From Desulfobacterales bacterium (GTDB lineage Bacteria > Desulfobacterota > Desulfobacteria > Desulfobacterales > UBA2174): 23,146 bases of DNA. Each line of letters starts with the position of its first letter. Position 1 is the first letter of the stretch. The position numbers and the translations under genes are program-made. The notes under the pieces were generated by a model. The model worked only from the letters and a program-made list of their open reading frames with translations, was not told the origin of the DNA and did no database searches. This document shows, in pieces, positions 7,081 to 17,262 of the stretch. The stretch spans positions 1-23,146 of the forward strand of contig CAXXWC010000007.1 of assembly GCA_963668645.2 (NCBI GenBank), read 5' to 3'.

Positions 7081-8520
7081 ATGACCGATATCGATCCGAA
7101 CCGCAACCTGATCCCGGACCGTGTAAAGCGTATCCACCTTATCGCCGCCGGCGGCACGGCCATGGGGGCACTGGCCTGCCTGCTCAAGGACCTGGGCTAC
7201 CAGGTAACGGGCAGCGATGCCAAGATCTACCCGCCCATGAGCGTCTTTTTGCACGACAAGGGAATCGCCCTGGGCGAAGGCTTCGACGGCCGTTACCTGG
7301 CCGACGATCCGGACCTGGTGGTCATCGGCAACGCGGTGCGCCGGGACAACCCGGAGGTGGCCATCGCGGCCCGCAAGGGCCTTGCCTACTGCTCCATGCC
7401 CCAGGCGATCAACCGTTTCGCGGCGGCCGGCAGGCGGCAGGTGGTGGTCACCGGCACCCACGGCAAGACGACCACCAGCAGCCTGATCGCCTGGATTCTT
7501 GAAAGCGCCGGATGGTCGCCGGCCTTTCTCATCGGCGGCATCCTCAAGAACTTCGACAGCAACTACCGCAGCGGCGCCGGTGATGTGATCGTCCTCGAGG
7601 GGGACGAGTACGATACGGCTTTTTTCGACAAGGAGGCCAAGTTTTTCCATTACCGGCCGGCCGTGGCGGTGCTCACCGGCGTCGAATTCGACCACGCCGA
7701 CATTTTCCGCGATCTGGGCCATGTGCGCGACACCTTCCGCCGCTTCGTCAACGGGCTGAATCCAGCCGCCAGCCTGCTGGCCTGGGACGGCGATCCCGGG
7801 CTCGACACCCTGATCGAGGCCTGCCCGGCGCCCACAGCCCGCTACGGCCGGTGCGGCGCCAGCGCCTGGCGCATCGGGTCCATGGCGGTCCAGCCGCCCT
7901 GGACCACTTTCGAATTGCACCGTAACGGGAACTTGTGGGGAAGGTTCCGCTCACCGCTGATGGGCCTTCACAACCTGGCCAACACCGCGGCGGCCCTGGC
8001 GGCGGTGGCCGCTCTGGGGCTGGACCCGGTCGCGGCCGGCGCCGGCCTGGCATCATTTGCAGGGGTGCGCCGCCGCCAGGAGGTGCGCGGCACGGCCCGC
8101 GGGGTGACGGTGATGGACGATTTTGCCCACCATCCCACGGCGGTGCGCGAAACCATCGCCGCCGTAAAGCCTTTCTATCCCGAGGGCCGTTTGATCGCGG
8201 TCTTCGAACCGCGCACCAACACCAGCATGCGCCAGGTGTTTCAGGACGTCTATCCGGCCAGCTTCGACGGGGCCGACCTGGTCCTGATCCGCCGGCCTTC
8301 GGCCATCGGCAAGATCCCCGAATCCGAGCGTTTCTCTTCCACCCGCCTGGCCGAGGAGATCGGGGCCCGGGGCCGGCCGGCCCTGCATTTTGAGACCACC
8401 GGGGCGATCATCACTTTCCTGGTCGCCGAGGCCCGGCCGGGCGATCTGGTTCTGATCATGAGCAACGGCGGCTTCGACGACATCCACCAAAGGCTGCTGG
8501 CGGCGCTGAACGCCGGATAA
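7081..8520 (+). CDS. mpl: UDP-N-acetylmuramate:L-alanyl-gamma-D-glutamyl-meso-diaminopimelate ligase (murein peptide ligase)
   Basis: GGTAMGALA, GSDAKIYPPMS, GTHGKTTTSS, EGDEYDTAFFDK, EFDHADIF, DDFAHHPTAV, FEPRTNT, MSNGGF (Mpl rather than MurC signatures). Confidence 0.93.
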   Translation: MTDIDPNRNLIPDRVKRIHLIAAGGTAMGALACLLKDLGYQVTGSDAKIYPPMSVFLHDKGIALGEGFDGRYLADDPDLVVIGNAVRRDNPEVAIAARKGLAYCSMPQAINRFAAAGRRQVVVTGTHGKTTTSSLIAWILESAGWSPAFLIGGILKNFDSNYRSGAGDVIVLEGDEYDTAFFDKEAKFFHYRPAVAVLTGVEFDHADIFRDLGHVRDTFRRFVNGLNPAASLLAWDGDPGLDTLIEACPAPTARYGRCGASAWRIGSMAVQPPWTTFELHRNGNLWGRFRSPLMGLHNLANTAAALAAVAALGLDPVAAGAGLASFAGVRRRQEVRGTARGVTVMDDFAHHPTAVRETIAAVKPFYPEGRLIAVFEPRTNTSMRQVFQDVYPASFDGADLVLIRRPSAIGKIPESERFSSTRLAEEIGARGRPALHFETTGAIITFLVAEARPGDLVLIMSNGGFDDIHQRLLAALNAG

Positions 8521-8560
8521 CCGAATGGTAATCTGGCAATCATCTTGTGGTAACATGCCA

Positions 8561-8670
8561 ATGATAGGTTCCTCTCAGTGAATGCGCCCAACTCCCCCTG
8601 GGGCATTCACATCTTCACCCTCCTCCTCCCCTCGCCGGACCGCCAGAAGGCGGTCCGGCCTGCTTTCCCG
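8561..8670 (+). ncRNA. Candidate small RNA or structured leader with C-rich single-stranded motifs and a terminator-like hairpin
   Basis: Hairpin GTGAATGC..GCATTCAC (8578-8610, C-rich loop), linker CCCTCCTCCTCCCCTC, 11-bp hairpin GCCGGACCGCC/GGCGGTCCGGC (8634-8659), then CTGCTTT. Confidence 0.3.
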
Positions 8671-8739
8671 CCGCCGCCCCTTGGTGGTATGAATCCCAGA
8701 CACGTATCGGTGAATCGAAATCGACAAAAAGGCACAACC

Positions 8740-10686
8740 ATGAATCCTCCTCCCGCTTCTATCTGGCGCCGTTTCGCCATCATCGCCCAGCCGTATTTTT
8801 TCCCTGCGGTTCCGGGCGGCGGCCGGACCACGATTCTGCTGATGGTCGTGCTGCTGGTCTTCGTCTTCAGCCTGCTGGCGCTTTTCGTGGCCGGCTTGAC
8901 CCTGGCCGGCAGCCACTGGGCGCCGCAGATCACCGCCCGCATCGCCCCGGGCCTCTACGATCAGCTCCTGGCCCTCTACCATTCCGGTGCGCACTGGTTC
9001 CTGCTGGCGGCCCTGGTGGTTCCGGTTCTGGTCTTCGCTCTTTTCGCCCGCCGCCTGCGCCCCCACCGGCAGGCCTGGACCCTGCTGGCCGTGGTGCTGC
9101 TGCTCTCGCTGTCGGTCACCGGCATCAACGTGGCCTTTTCCTATATCGGTAACTACTTTACCAACGCCCTGGTGAAAAAGAACCAGGATTTGGCCTACCT
9201 TTTCGTGGTGGTCTATTTCGGCGGCTTTCTGGCCGGGATCCCCATCGTCGCCATGTACCAGTACGTCCAGAGCTACCTGGGCATGCGCTGGCGCGAATGG
9301 CTCACCGGCGAGATCCTCGGCCGCTATTTCGCCCAACGGCACTACTACCAGATCGAATCGGACGGCGGCATCGACAACCCGGATCAGCGCATCATGGAGG
9401 ATATCCGCTCTTTTACCCGCACCTCGCTGGCCTTTTTGCTCATCATCCTCGGGGCGTTGATGGACCTGCTCTCCTTTACCGGGATTCTCTGGTCCAAGTC
9501 GGTGCTCCTGGTCGTGGTGGTCATCGGCTACTCGCTGGTGGGCACCCTGCTCACCGTCTGGATCGGCCGGCGCCTGGTGCGCCTGAACTTCACCCAGCTG
9601 CGCTATGAGGCCGATTTCCGTTACGCTCTGGTCCACGTGCGCGACAATGCCGAGTCCATCGCCTTTTACCAGGGCGAAGGCCCCGAGGTGGCCCAGATCG
9701 CCGAACGCTTCCGCCATGTGCTGAAAAACTTCGGTCTGCTCATCGGCTGGCAGCGCAACCTCTCCTTTTTCACCACGGCCTACAACTACCTGCCCTTGGT
9801 CCTGCCCTTCCTGATACTGTTCCCCCCTTACTTCGCCGGCAAGATCGAATACGGCGATATGGTGCAAGCCAACTTCGCCTTTCTCCAGGTCTACGGGGCC
9901 CTGTCGCTCATCGTCTCCCAGATCGAGGAGATCACCGGCTTCGCCGCCGGGGTCGAGCGGCTCTCGAGTTTTGCCGAAGCCCTGGACCCAGCCCCATCGG
10001 CCCAGGCCGGGATCCTCAGCCGGGAGGCGGACCGCTTCGCCCTGGAGGCCTTGACCGTCGAAACCCCGGACCGGTCGCGCACCCTGCTGCGGGATCTGAC
10101 CCTCGACCTGAAGGGGCCGGCGAACCTGGTAGTGGTCGGTGCCAGCGGTTCGGGCAAAAGCTCGCTGCTGCGGGCCATCGCCGGGCTCTGGACCCGGGGT
10201 CAGGGGACCGTGCGGCGACCGCGCCTGGATCAGATCTTCTTTTTGCCGCAAAAGCCCTACATGCTGCTGGGCAGCTTGCGCGAGCAGCTTTTATATCCGC
10301 GACTGGACCGGAAAGTGGGTGAAGACGAATTGCACGAAGCGCTGGCGGCGGTGCGCCTGGCGGACCTGCCCGGACGGGTGGGGGGTTTGGATGCCGAACT
10401 GGACTGGGCCGATGTGCTGTCCCTGGGCGAACAGCAGCGCCTGGCCTTTGCCCGTCTCTTGCTCAACCGGCCGCGCTTTGCCGTGCTGGACGAGGCCACC
10501 AGCGCCCTGGATGTGGAAAACGAGGCCAACCTCTACCGCCTGCTGGCCCAAGGCGGGATCCGCTACATCAGCGTCGGCCACCGCGCCAGCATCCTCGATT
10601 TCCACAATCTGGTTCTCGAACTGCAAGGCAGGGCCGCCTGGCGCGTGCTGCCGGTGGCCGAGTACCGGACGGTGCCGGCGGGTTGA
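8740..10686 (+). CDS. ABC transporter ATP-binding/permease fusion, ABCD / YddA / BacA(Rv1819c)-like
   Basis: TM domain with DNPDQRI and EAA-like RDNAESIAFY, Walker A GASGSGKS, GLW, FLPQKPY, LSLGEQQRLAFAR, LDEATSALD, SVGHR. Confidence 0.9.
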   Translation: MNPPPASIWRRFAIIAQPYFFPAVPGGGRTTILLMVVLLVFVFSLLALFVAGLTLAGSHWAPQITARIAPGLYDQLLALYHSGAHWFLLAALVVPVLVFALFARRLRPHRQAWTLLAVVLLLSLSVTGINVAFSYIGNYFTNALVKKNQDLAYLFVVVYFGGFLAGIPIVAMYQYVQSYLGMRWREWLTGEILGRYFAQRHYYQIESDGGIDNPDQRIMEDIRSFTRTSLAFLLIILGALMDLLSFTGILWSKSVLLVVVVIGYSLVGTLLTVWIGRRLVRLNFTQLRYEADFRYALVHVRDNAESIAFYQGEGPEVAQIAERFRHVLKNFGLLIGWQRNLSFFTTAYNYLPLVLPFLILFPPYFAGKIEYGDMVQANFAFLQVYGALSLIVSQIEEITGFAAGVERLSSFAEALDPAPSAQAGILSREADRFALEALTVETPDRSRTLLRDLTLDLKGPANLVVVGASGSGKSSLLRAIAGLWTRGQGTVRRPRLDQIFFLPQKPYMLLGSLREQLLYPRLDRKVGEDELHEALAAVRLADLPGRVGGLDAELDWADVLSLGEQQRLAFARLLLNRPRFAVLDEATSALDVENEANLYRLLAQGGIRYISVGHRASILDFHNLVLELQGRAAWRVLPVAEYRTVPAG

Positions 10687-10759
10687 GCGCCGCCGGCGCA
10701 GGGATCAGCAATTTTCGGCGAATCCGGCATATCCCGGGTTTACCGGGAACTGGCGCACC

Positions 10760-12196
10760 TCACCCGGCCCGTTCCAGCATGCGGCGCAGCAGGTCGTTGA
10801 CCACCTGGGGGTTGGCCTGGCCGCGGGTGGCCTTCATCACCTGGCCCACGAAAAAGCCCATGACCTTGGTTTTTCCGGCCCGGTAATCGTCGACCTGGGC
10901 CGGGTTGGCCGCCAGGATCTTTGCGATCACCGGCTCCAGGGTACCGGCGTCCGAGACCTGCACCAGCCCCTTTTCCGCAATGATCGTCTTAGCCGGCCGG
11001 CCGCTGGCGGCCATCTCATCGAAAACCGTCTTGGCGATCTTGCCGGATATTTTGCCCGTGTCCACCAGCTGCAACAGTTCGGCCAGGGCTTCGGCGCTTA
11101 CCGGGGACTCGGCGATGGTTCGGTTTTCCGCGTTGAGCCGCCCCAGCAGGTTGACCATGATCCAGTTGGCCGCCGGCTTGGGCCCGGCCCCGGCCGCTAC
11201 GCAGCCCTCGAAGTAGTCGGCCAGTTCCCGGGTGGCGGTGAGCACCTCGGCATCGTAGGCCGAAAGGCCGAACTCGTCGCTGTAGCGCTGGCAGCGGGCA
11301 TCGGGCAGCTCGGGCAGGGACCGTCGCACCGCCTCGATCCACTGCGCGTCGATGGTCAGCGGCAGCAGGTCCGGATCCGGAAAATAGCGGTAGTCGTGGG
11401 CCTCTTCCTTGCCGCGCATCGAATAGGTGCGGTTGGCGGCATCGTCCCAGAGCCGGGTCTCCTGGACCACGGCACCCCCCTCGGAGAGGATCTCGCGGTG
11501 CCTTTCGATCTCGTAGTGCAGGGCCTTTTCCACGAAGCGGAACGAATTGATGTTTTTCAACTCGGTGCGCGTCCCGAAGGCCTGCTGACCCGCGGGCCTG
11601 AGCGAAATGTTGGCATCGCAGCGGAAGCTGCCCTCTTCCATGTTACCGTCGGAAATCTCCAGGTAGCGCAGGATGGTGCGCAGCTTGCGCAGATAGGCGC
11701 CGGCCTCGGCCGGGCTGCGCAGATCCGGTTCGCTGACGATTTCGATCAACGGCACCCCGGTACGGTTGAAATCGACCCGGCTCACCGGTCGATGGGGATC
11801 GTGGGTCAGCTTGCCGGCGTCCTCTTCCATGTGGATGCGGGTGATCCCGATTTTGCGGGAAACACCGTCCACCACGATCTCCACGGCCCCGTGCTCGGCG
11901 ATGGGCAGCTCGTACTGGCTGATCTGGTATCCCTTGGGCAGGTCCGGGTAAAAGTAGTTCTTGCGCGCGAAGCGGCTGGCAGGGGCGATGCGGCAACCGG
12001 TGGCCAGGGCCATGCGCAGCGCGAACTCCACCACCTTGCGGTTGAGCACCGGCAAGACCCCCGGCATTCCGAGGCATACCGGACAGACATGGGTGTTGGG
12101 CGGCGCCCCGAAAGCGGTCGAACAGCCGCAAAAAATCTTGGTTTCGGTCTTGAGCTGGGCGTGGACTTCCAGTCCGATGACGGGTTCGAATGGCAT
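10760..12196 (-). CDS. gatB: Asp-tRNA(Asn)/Glu-tRNA(Gln) amidotransferase subunit B
   Basis: [77 protein letters not shown]. Confidence 0.98.
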   Translation of the reverse strand: MPFEPVIGLEVHAQLKTETKIFCGCSTAFGAPPNTHVCPVCLGMPGVLPVLNRKVVEFALRMALATGCRIAPASRFARKNYFYPDLPKGYQISQYELPIAEHGAVEIVVDGVSRKIGITRIHMEEDAGKLTHDPHRPVSRVDFNRTGVPLIEIVSEPDLRSPAEAGAYLRKLRTILRYLEISDGNMEEGSFRCDANISLRPAGQQAFGTRTELKNINSFRFVEKALHYEIERHREILSEGGAVVQETRLWDDAANRTYSMRGKEEAHDYRYFPDPDLLPLTIDAQWIEAVRRSLPELPDARCQRYSDEFGLSAYDAEVLTATRELADYFEGCVAAGAGPKPAANWIMVNLLGRLNAENRTIAESPVSAEALAELLQLVDTGKISGKIAKTVFDEMAASGRPAKTIIAEKGLVQVSDAGTLEPVIAKILAANPAQVDDYRAGKTKVMGFFVGQVMKATRGQANPQVVNDLLRRMLERAG

Positions 12197-12262
12197 GTTC
12201 GTTCCTTTTTTTCACCTGATCGGCGGAACCGGTTTGCGCAAAAAACATCTGAACGGTGGTGC

Positions 12263-12291
12263 ATATTCATATCTATCGCGACCCCTGTCAA
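12263..12291 (-). promoter_or_regulatory. Candidate sigma70 promoter for gatB
   Basis: Minus strand TTGACA-17 bp-GAATAT upstream of the gatB start. Confidence 0.4.
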
Positions 12292-12486
12292 GGCGCAGCC
12301 GCAATTCTCGATCAAACCCAAATGGCCGGGGTCGGGCTGCAAAGACAACCGGGACTTTTGACCGCCGCCGGCCTTGGGGCCGGCCCGCCGCCCGGGCGTG
12401 CGAATCCGGCCTCGCAGGTTTCCGAAAATTGCAGCAAGGTGGAGTATCGAGGCCTACCGGCGGCCCCTTGCCGAAGGGTATTTGTT

Positions 12487-12515
12487 TTGACAATCGGTGC
12501 CCTGCCATCTATACA
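12487..12515 (+). promoter_or_regulatory. Candidate sigma70 promoter for DUF2065-queA-tgt
   Basis: TTGACA (12487-12492)-17 bp-TATACA in an AT-rich patch. Confidence 0.4.
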
Positions 12516-12593
12516 GAATTTTTTCCATAATAGGCGACTGGTCGAAAGACCGCCCTGAAGGCCGAACAGGATGAAAAGGGAACGACAATACCG

Positions 12594-12788
12594 ATGAAAT
12601 ACTTTCTGGCCGTCATGGGAATGGTGATGATCGTCGAGGGGCTGCCCTACTTTGCTTTTCCGGACAAGATGAAGCGCCTGATGCTCCAGGTGATGGAAAT
12701 GCCCGACGAGGCCCTGCGCAAGTTCGGCTTCGTGCTGATGTGCATCGGCCTGCTGGTGGTCTACCTCGGACAAAACGGCGGCCGGTGA
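12594..12788 (+). CDS. DUF2065 (YjeT-like) small membrane protein
   Basis: 64 aa, two hydrophobic helices, G.V.IVEGLPYF.FP...K......MP...LR.FG pattern. Confidence 0.85.
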   Translation: MKYFLAVMGMVMIVEGLPYFAFPDKMKRLMLQVMEMPDEALRKFGFVLMCIGLLVVYLGQNGGR

Positions 12789-12837
12789 ACCGCGCGACTT
12801 GAAATTCGGGATCTGAAATTTACGAATCGTCTTGTCT

Positions 12838-13902
12838 ATGTATCGTCTTGACGACTACCACTACGAACTGCCGCCGGATCGCATCGCCCAGGCCCCCGTT
12901 GACCGGCGCGACCGTTCCCGCCTGCTGGTGCTCCAGCGGCGCGATGCAGCGCTGGCCCACCTGCGTTTCGACCAGATCGGCGCCTATTTCAATCCGGGCG
13001 ACGTGCTGGTGGTCAACGACACCCAGGTGGTCTGCGGACGCCTGTACGGCCGCAAGCCCACCGGCGGGCGCGTCGAACTGCTGCTGCTCGACTACGCTGA
13101 GTGTTTGCAGCGGCAGGCCGAAGGAGCCGGACTGGTGGGCCGCTGCCTGCTGCGGGCGGCCAAACCGACCCGCCCCGGCACCCGCCTGACCTTTGACGGG
13201 GGACTGACAGCCGAAGTCTTGACCGCTGACGGCGGCATTCACAGCGTGCGTTTCGAGGGGGCCGGGGATTTCGAAGCGCTCATCGAGCGTATCGGGCACA
13301 TCCCCTTGCCCCCATATATTCGGCGTGATCCCCAGGCCCGGGACACCGAGACGGACCGGCGCAGCTACCAGACGGTCTACGCGGCCCGCAAGGGGGCCGT
13401 GGCCGCCCCCACGGCCGGCCTGCACTTTACCGAAGCCCTGCTCGCCGAGCTGCGCAGCAAGGGGGTGGTCATCGCGCCGATCACGCTGCATGTGGGCTAC
13501 GGCACCTTCCTGCCCGTGAGGGTGGACGACATCCGCGAGCATCGCATGCACGCCGAAAGCTTCGAGATTTCCGAGGCCAGCGCCCGGGCCATCGATGCGG
13601 CCCGCAGTGCCGGGGGGCGCGTCTTTGCCACGGGCACCACCTGTGTGCGGACCCTGGAATACGCGGCCGGCGAAGGGAGGCGAATCCGCCCGGGCAAGGG
13701 CCGCTGCGACCTTTTCATCTATCCGGGATACCGTTTCAAGGCCGTGGACGCCATGATCACCAACTTTCACCTGCCCCGCTCCACCCTGCTGATGCTGGTC
13801 TCGGCCTTTGCCGGCCGGGAGCGGATCCTGGCGGCCTACCAGGCCGCCGTCGAGGGCGGATACCGCTTTTTCAGCTACGGGGACGGGATGTTGATCCTAT
13901 AA
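12838..13902 (+). CDS. queA: S-adenosylmethionine:tRNA ribosyltransferase-isomerase
   Basis: YELP..RIAQ.P, VVNDT, GHIPLPPYI, YQTVYA, AVAAPTAGLHF, TLHVG.GTF.PV, GTT.VRTLE, TNFHLP.STL, YRFFSYGD. Confidence 0.97.
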   Translation: MYRLDDYHYELPPDRIAQAPVDRRDRSRLLVLQRRDAALAHLRFDQIGAYFNPGDVLVVNDTQVVCGRLYGRKPTGGRVELLLLDYAECLQRQAEGAGLVGRCLLRAAKPTRPGTRLTFDGGLTAEVLTADGGIHSVRFEGAGDFEALIERIGHIPLPPYIRRDPQARDTETDRRSYQTVYAARKGAVAAPTAGLHFTEALLAELRSKGVVIAPITLHVGYGTFLPVRVDDIREHRMHAESFEISEASARAIDAARSAGGRVFATGTTCVRTLEYAAGEGRRIRPGKGRCDLFIYPGYRFKAVDAMITNFHLPRSTLLMLVSAFAGRERILAAYQAAVEGGYRFFSYGDGMLIL

Positions 13903-15024
<1,122 letters not shown>

Positions 15025-15082
15025 AAGATCAAGTGGCAATTGTGACCATTTACGAATCGCACCAAGGAAAGGACAAGCAGCC

Positions 15083-15301
15083 ATGAAAGAAAAAGTACAG
15101 GCGGCACTGGAAAAGATCCGGCCCATGCTTCAGGCCGACGGCGGGGACGTGGAACTGGTGGATGTGGCCGACGGCATCGTCAAGGTACGCCTGCAGGGGG
15201 CCTGCAAGGGCTGCCCCATGAGCCAGATGACCCTGCGCAACGGGATCGAACGGATGCTCAAGCAGGAGATCCCGGAAGTCAAAGCCGTCGAACCGGCTTG
15301 A
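15083..15301 (+). CDS. NifU/NfuA-family Fe-S cluster carrier (single domain)
   Basis: [40 protein letters not shown]. Confidence 0.92.
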   Translation: MKEKVQAALEKIRPMLQADGGDVELVDVADGIVKVRLQGACKGCPMSQMTLRNGIERMLKQEIPEVKAVEPA

Positions 15302-15324
15302 AGGATTGAAAAGGAGCACTTTCG

Positions 15325-16506
15325 ATGAGCATCGCCAAAAAGATCGAAGGCTTTATCTCCCAGTCCTCCTGGATCCGCAAGATGTTCGAGGAAGGCGGCC
15401 GCCTCAAGGCCCAGCACGGTGCCGACAAGGTGTTCGACTTTTCCCTGGGAAACCCCAATGTCCCGCCGCCGGAGCGCTTCAACCGGCTGCTGCTCGAAAC
15501 GGTGACCACCTGCGGTCCGGACGGACACTGCTACATGCCCAACACGGGCTATCCCGATGTCTGCCAGGCCATCGCCGAGTATCTGAGCCGCGAACAGGAG
15601 GTCCCCGTCACCGGCCGGCAGATCATCATGACCTGCGGGGCCGCCGGGGCCCTCAACGTGGTGCTCAAAACCTTGCTCGACCCGGGCGACGAGGTGCTCT
15701 GCCCGGCCCCGTATTTCGTGGAATACGGCTTTTACGCCGACAACCACGGCGGTATCCTCAAGAGCGTGCCCACCCGGCCGGACTTCACCCTCGACCTGGA
15801 GGCCATGACGGCCGCCATCACAGCGCGCACCAAGGTCGTGCTGATCAACTCGCCCAACAACCCCACCGGCCAGGTTTACGACGCAAAGAGTTTGCTGCGC
15901 CTGGGGGGAATCCTCGAAGATCGCAGCCGGCAGTTCGGCCAAACCATCTACCTGGTCTCCGACGAACCGTACCGCAAGATCGTCTACGACGGGGTGCAGG
16001 TCCCGAGCATTTTTGCCGCCTACGACGAAGCGCTGATCTGCACTTCGTATTCCAAGGACATCTCGATACCGGGCGAGCGCCTCGGTTTTGCGGCCGTCAA
16101 TCCCGCCGCGACCCATAACGATGCGCTACTCAGCGGCCTGGCCCTTTCCAACCGCATCCTGGGATTTGTCAACGCTCCGGCCCTGATGCAGCGGGTGGTG
16201 GCCGAAATGCAGGGAGCAAGCGTCGATATCGGCGAGTACGCCCGCAAGCGCAAGCTGCTTTGCGAGGGCCTGGCCGCCGCCGGCTACGACTTTGAAGCGC
16301 CGTCGGGCGCTTTCTACCTCTTTCCGCGCACCCCCATCGCCGATGACGTGGCCTTCGTGCGCGAGCTGCAAGATGAATTGATCCTCGTGGTGCCGGGCAG
16401 CGGCTTCGGCGGACCGGGCCATTTCCGCATCGCCTACTGCGTGGAGGACACCACCATCGTCAACGCTTTGCCCGGTTTTGCCCGGGTGATGGCGAAGTAT
16501 AAGTAG
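15325..16506 (+). CDS. PLP-dependent aminotransferase class I/II (aspartate aminotransferase-like)
   Basis: DFSLGNP, NSPNNPTG, SDEPY, SYSKDISIPGERLG (PLP Lys), GAFYLF, VPGSGFG..HFRIAY; AGGAG RBS. Confidence 0.92.
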   Translation: MSIAKKIEGFISQSSWIRKMFEEGGRLKAQHGADKVFDFSLGNPNVPPPERFNRLLLETVTTCGPDGHCYMPNTGYPDVCQAIAEYLSREQEVPVTGRQIIMTCGAAGALNVVLKTLLDPGDEVLCPAPYFVEYGFYADNHGGILKSVPTRPDFTLDLEAMTAAITARTKVVLINSPNNPTGQVYDAKSLLRLGGILEDRSRQFGQTIYLVSDEPYRKIVYDGVQVPSIFAAYDEALICTSYSKDISIPGERLGFAAVNPAATHNDALLSGLALSNRILGFVNAPALMQRVVAEMQGASVDIGEYARKRKLLCEGLAAAGYDFEAPSGAFYLFPRTPIADDVAFVRELQDELILVVPGSGFGGPGHFRIAYCVEDTTIVNALPGFARVMAKYK

Positions 16507-16531
16507 AACAAGCAGGATAAGGAGGACACCG

Positions 16532-16939
16532 ATGGAGATTTTGAAGATCGACCACCTCGGCATCGCCGTCAACGATATCGAAGGCGGCAAGAAATTCTGG
16601 TCCGATATTCTCGGACTTTCCTTTGACGGCGCCGAAACCGTGGCCGAGCAGAAGGTCACCACCGCCTTTTTCCCGGTGGGCGAAAGCGAGGTGGAACTGC
16701 TCGAATCCACCGCCCCTGACGGTCCCATCGCCAAGTACATCGAAAAAAAGGGAACCGGAATCCAGCATGTCGCGTTCCGGGTGGCGGACATCGAAGCGGC
16801 CCTGGCCGAACTGAAGGCCAAGGGGGTCCAGCTCATCGATCAAACCCCGCGCATCGGAGCCGGCGGTGCCCGCATCGCCTTTTTGCACCCCAAGGCGACC
16901 GGCGGCGTATTGGTGGAGCTTTGCCAGCGCGACGGATAG
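16532..16939 (+). CDS. mce: Methylmalonyl-CoA epimerase
   Basis: IDHLGIAV, EQKV..AFF, VELLE, GIQHVAFRV.DI, PRIGAGG..IAFLHPK.TGGVLVELC; AGGAGG RBS. Confidence 0.95.
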   Translation: MEILKIDHLGIAVNDIEGGKKFWSDILGLSFDGAETVAEQKVTTAFFPVGESEVELLESTAPDGPIAKYIEKKGTGIQHVAFRVADIEAALAELKAKGVQLIDQTPRIGAGGARIAFLHPKATGGVLVELCQRDG

Positions 16940-17045
16940 AAAGACCGGAAATTCAAGATCGGCGATGGGGAATCGGGGCCCCCGGCGCAAAGGGACCTCG
17001 ATTCCGAAACCGCCGCGTTGCGGCCGGCAATCCCCCAATCGGGTC

Positions 17046-17074
17046 TTGACAAGATCCGGCATACCCATTACCCT
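17046..17074 (+). promoter_or_regulatory. sigma70 promoter upstream of tetR and the mutase cluster
   Basis: TTGACA (17046-17051)-17 bp-TACCCT (17069-17074). Confidence 0.6.
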
Positions 17075-17081
17075 GCCTCCC

Positions 17082-17094
17082 GTAACAATGTTAC
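17082..17094. promoter_or_regulatory. Palindromic operator, likely TetR-family binding site
   Basis: Perfect palindrome GTAACA-A-TGTTAC at the predicted transcription start of the promoter above. Confidence 0.55.
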
Positions 17095-17137
17095 TCAGGG
17101 AGCTGCAACCGTTGCGATGGGTCTTGTAAAGCTTTTA

Positions 17138-17150
17138 TATCAAGCAGTTG
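17138..17150 (+). promoter_or_regulatory. IHF consensus binding site
   Basis: TATCAAGCAGTTG matches WATCAANNNNTTR exactly, with A/T-rich upstream flank. Confidence 0.45.
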
Positions 17151-17262
17151 GACTGACGATTGAAACAAGATAAGATTTCTCCCCCCCCCTTGAGAAATCC
17201 TTTCGAATCGGGTTTGCACCGGTTCAAAAGCTTTTTAAGAACATCGTTCCGCCTCGATGGGC

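Noticed and set aside
8521..8739. Cobalamin riboswitch upstream of the ABCD transporter
   Set aside because: No recognisable GGGAA / GCCACTG / B12-box (AGYCAGRAGACC) elements in order; the same holds upstream of the mutase.
10760..12196. gatB without adjacent gatC/gatA
   Set aside because: Split gat genes are common in bacteria, so this is not unusual by itself.
10139..12361. 740-aa plus-strand ORF, and other long antisense or alternate-frame ORFs (1351-2514, 2514-3830, 8575-10251, 18975-20225, 21201-22739)
   Set aside because: Shadows of well-supported genes. High GC suppresses stop codons, and the translations lack family motifs.
12533..12554. GAAA-tetraloop hairpin in the leader of DUF2065-queA-tgt as a preQ1 or other riboswitch
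   Set aside because: Only a short stem, with no preQ1 loop or A-rich tail and no expression platform.
16969..17005. Hairpin after mce as an intrinsic terminator or ncRNA
   Set aside because: An imperfect 14-bp stem is present but lacks a U-tract, so support is too weak to call.
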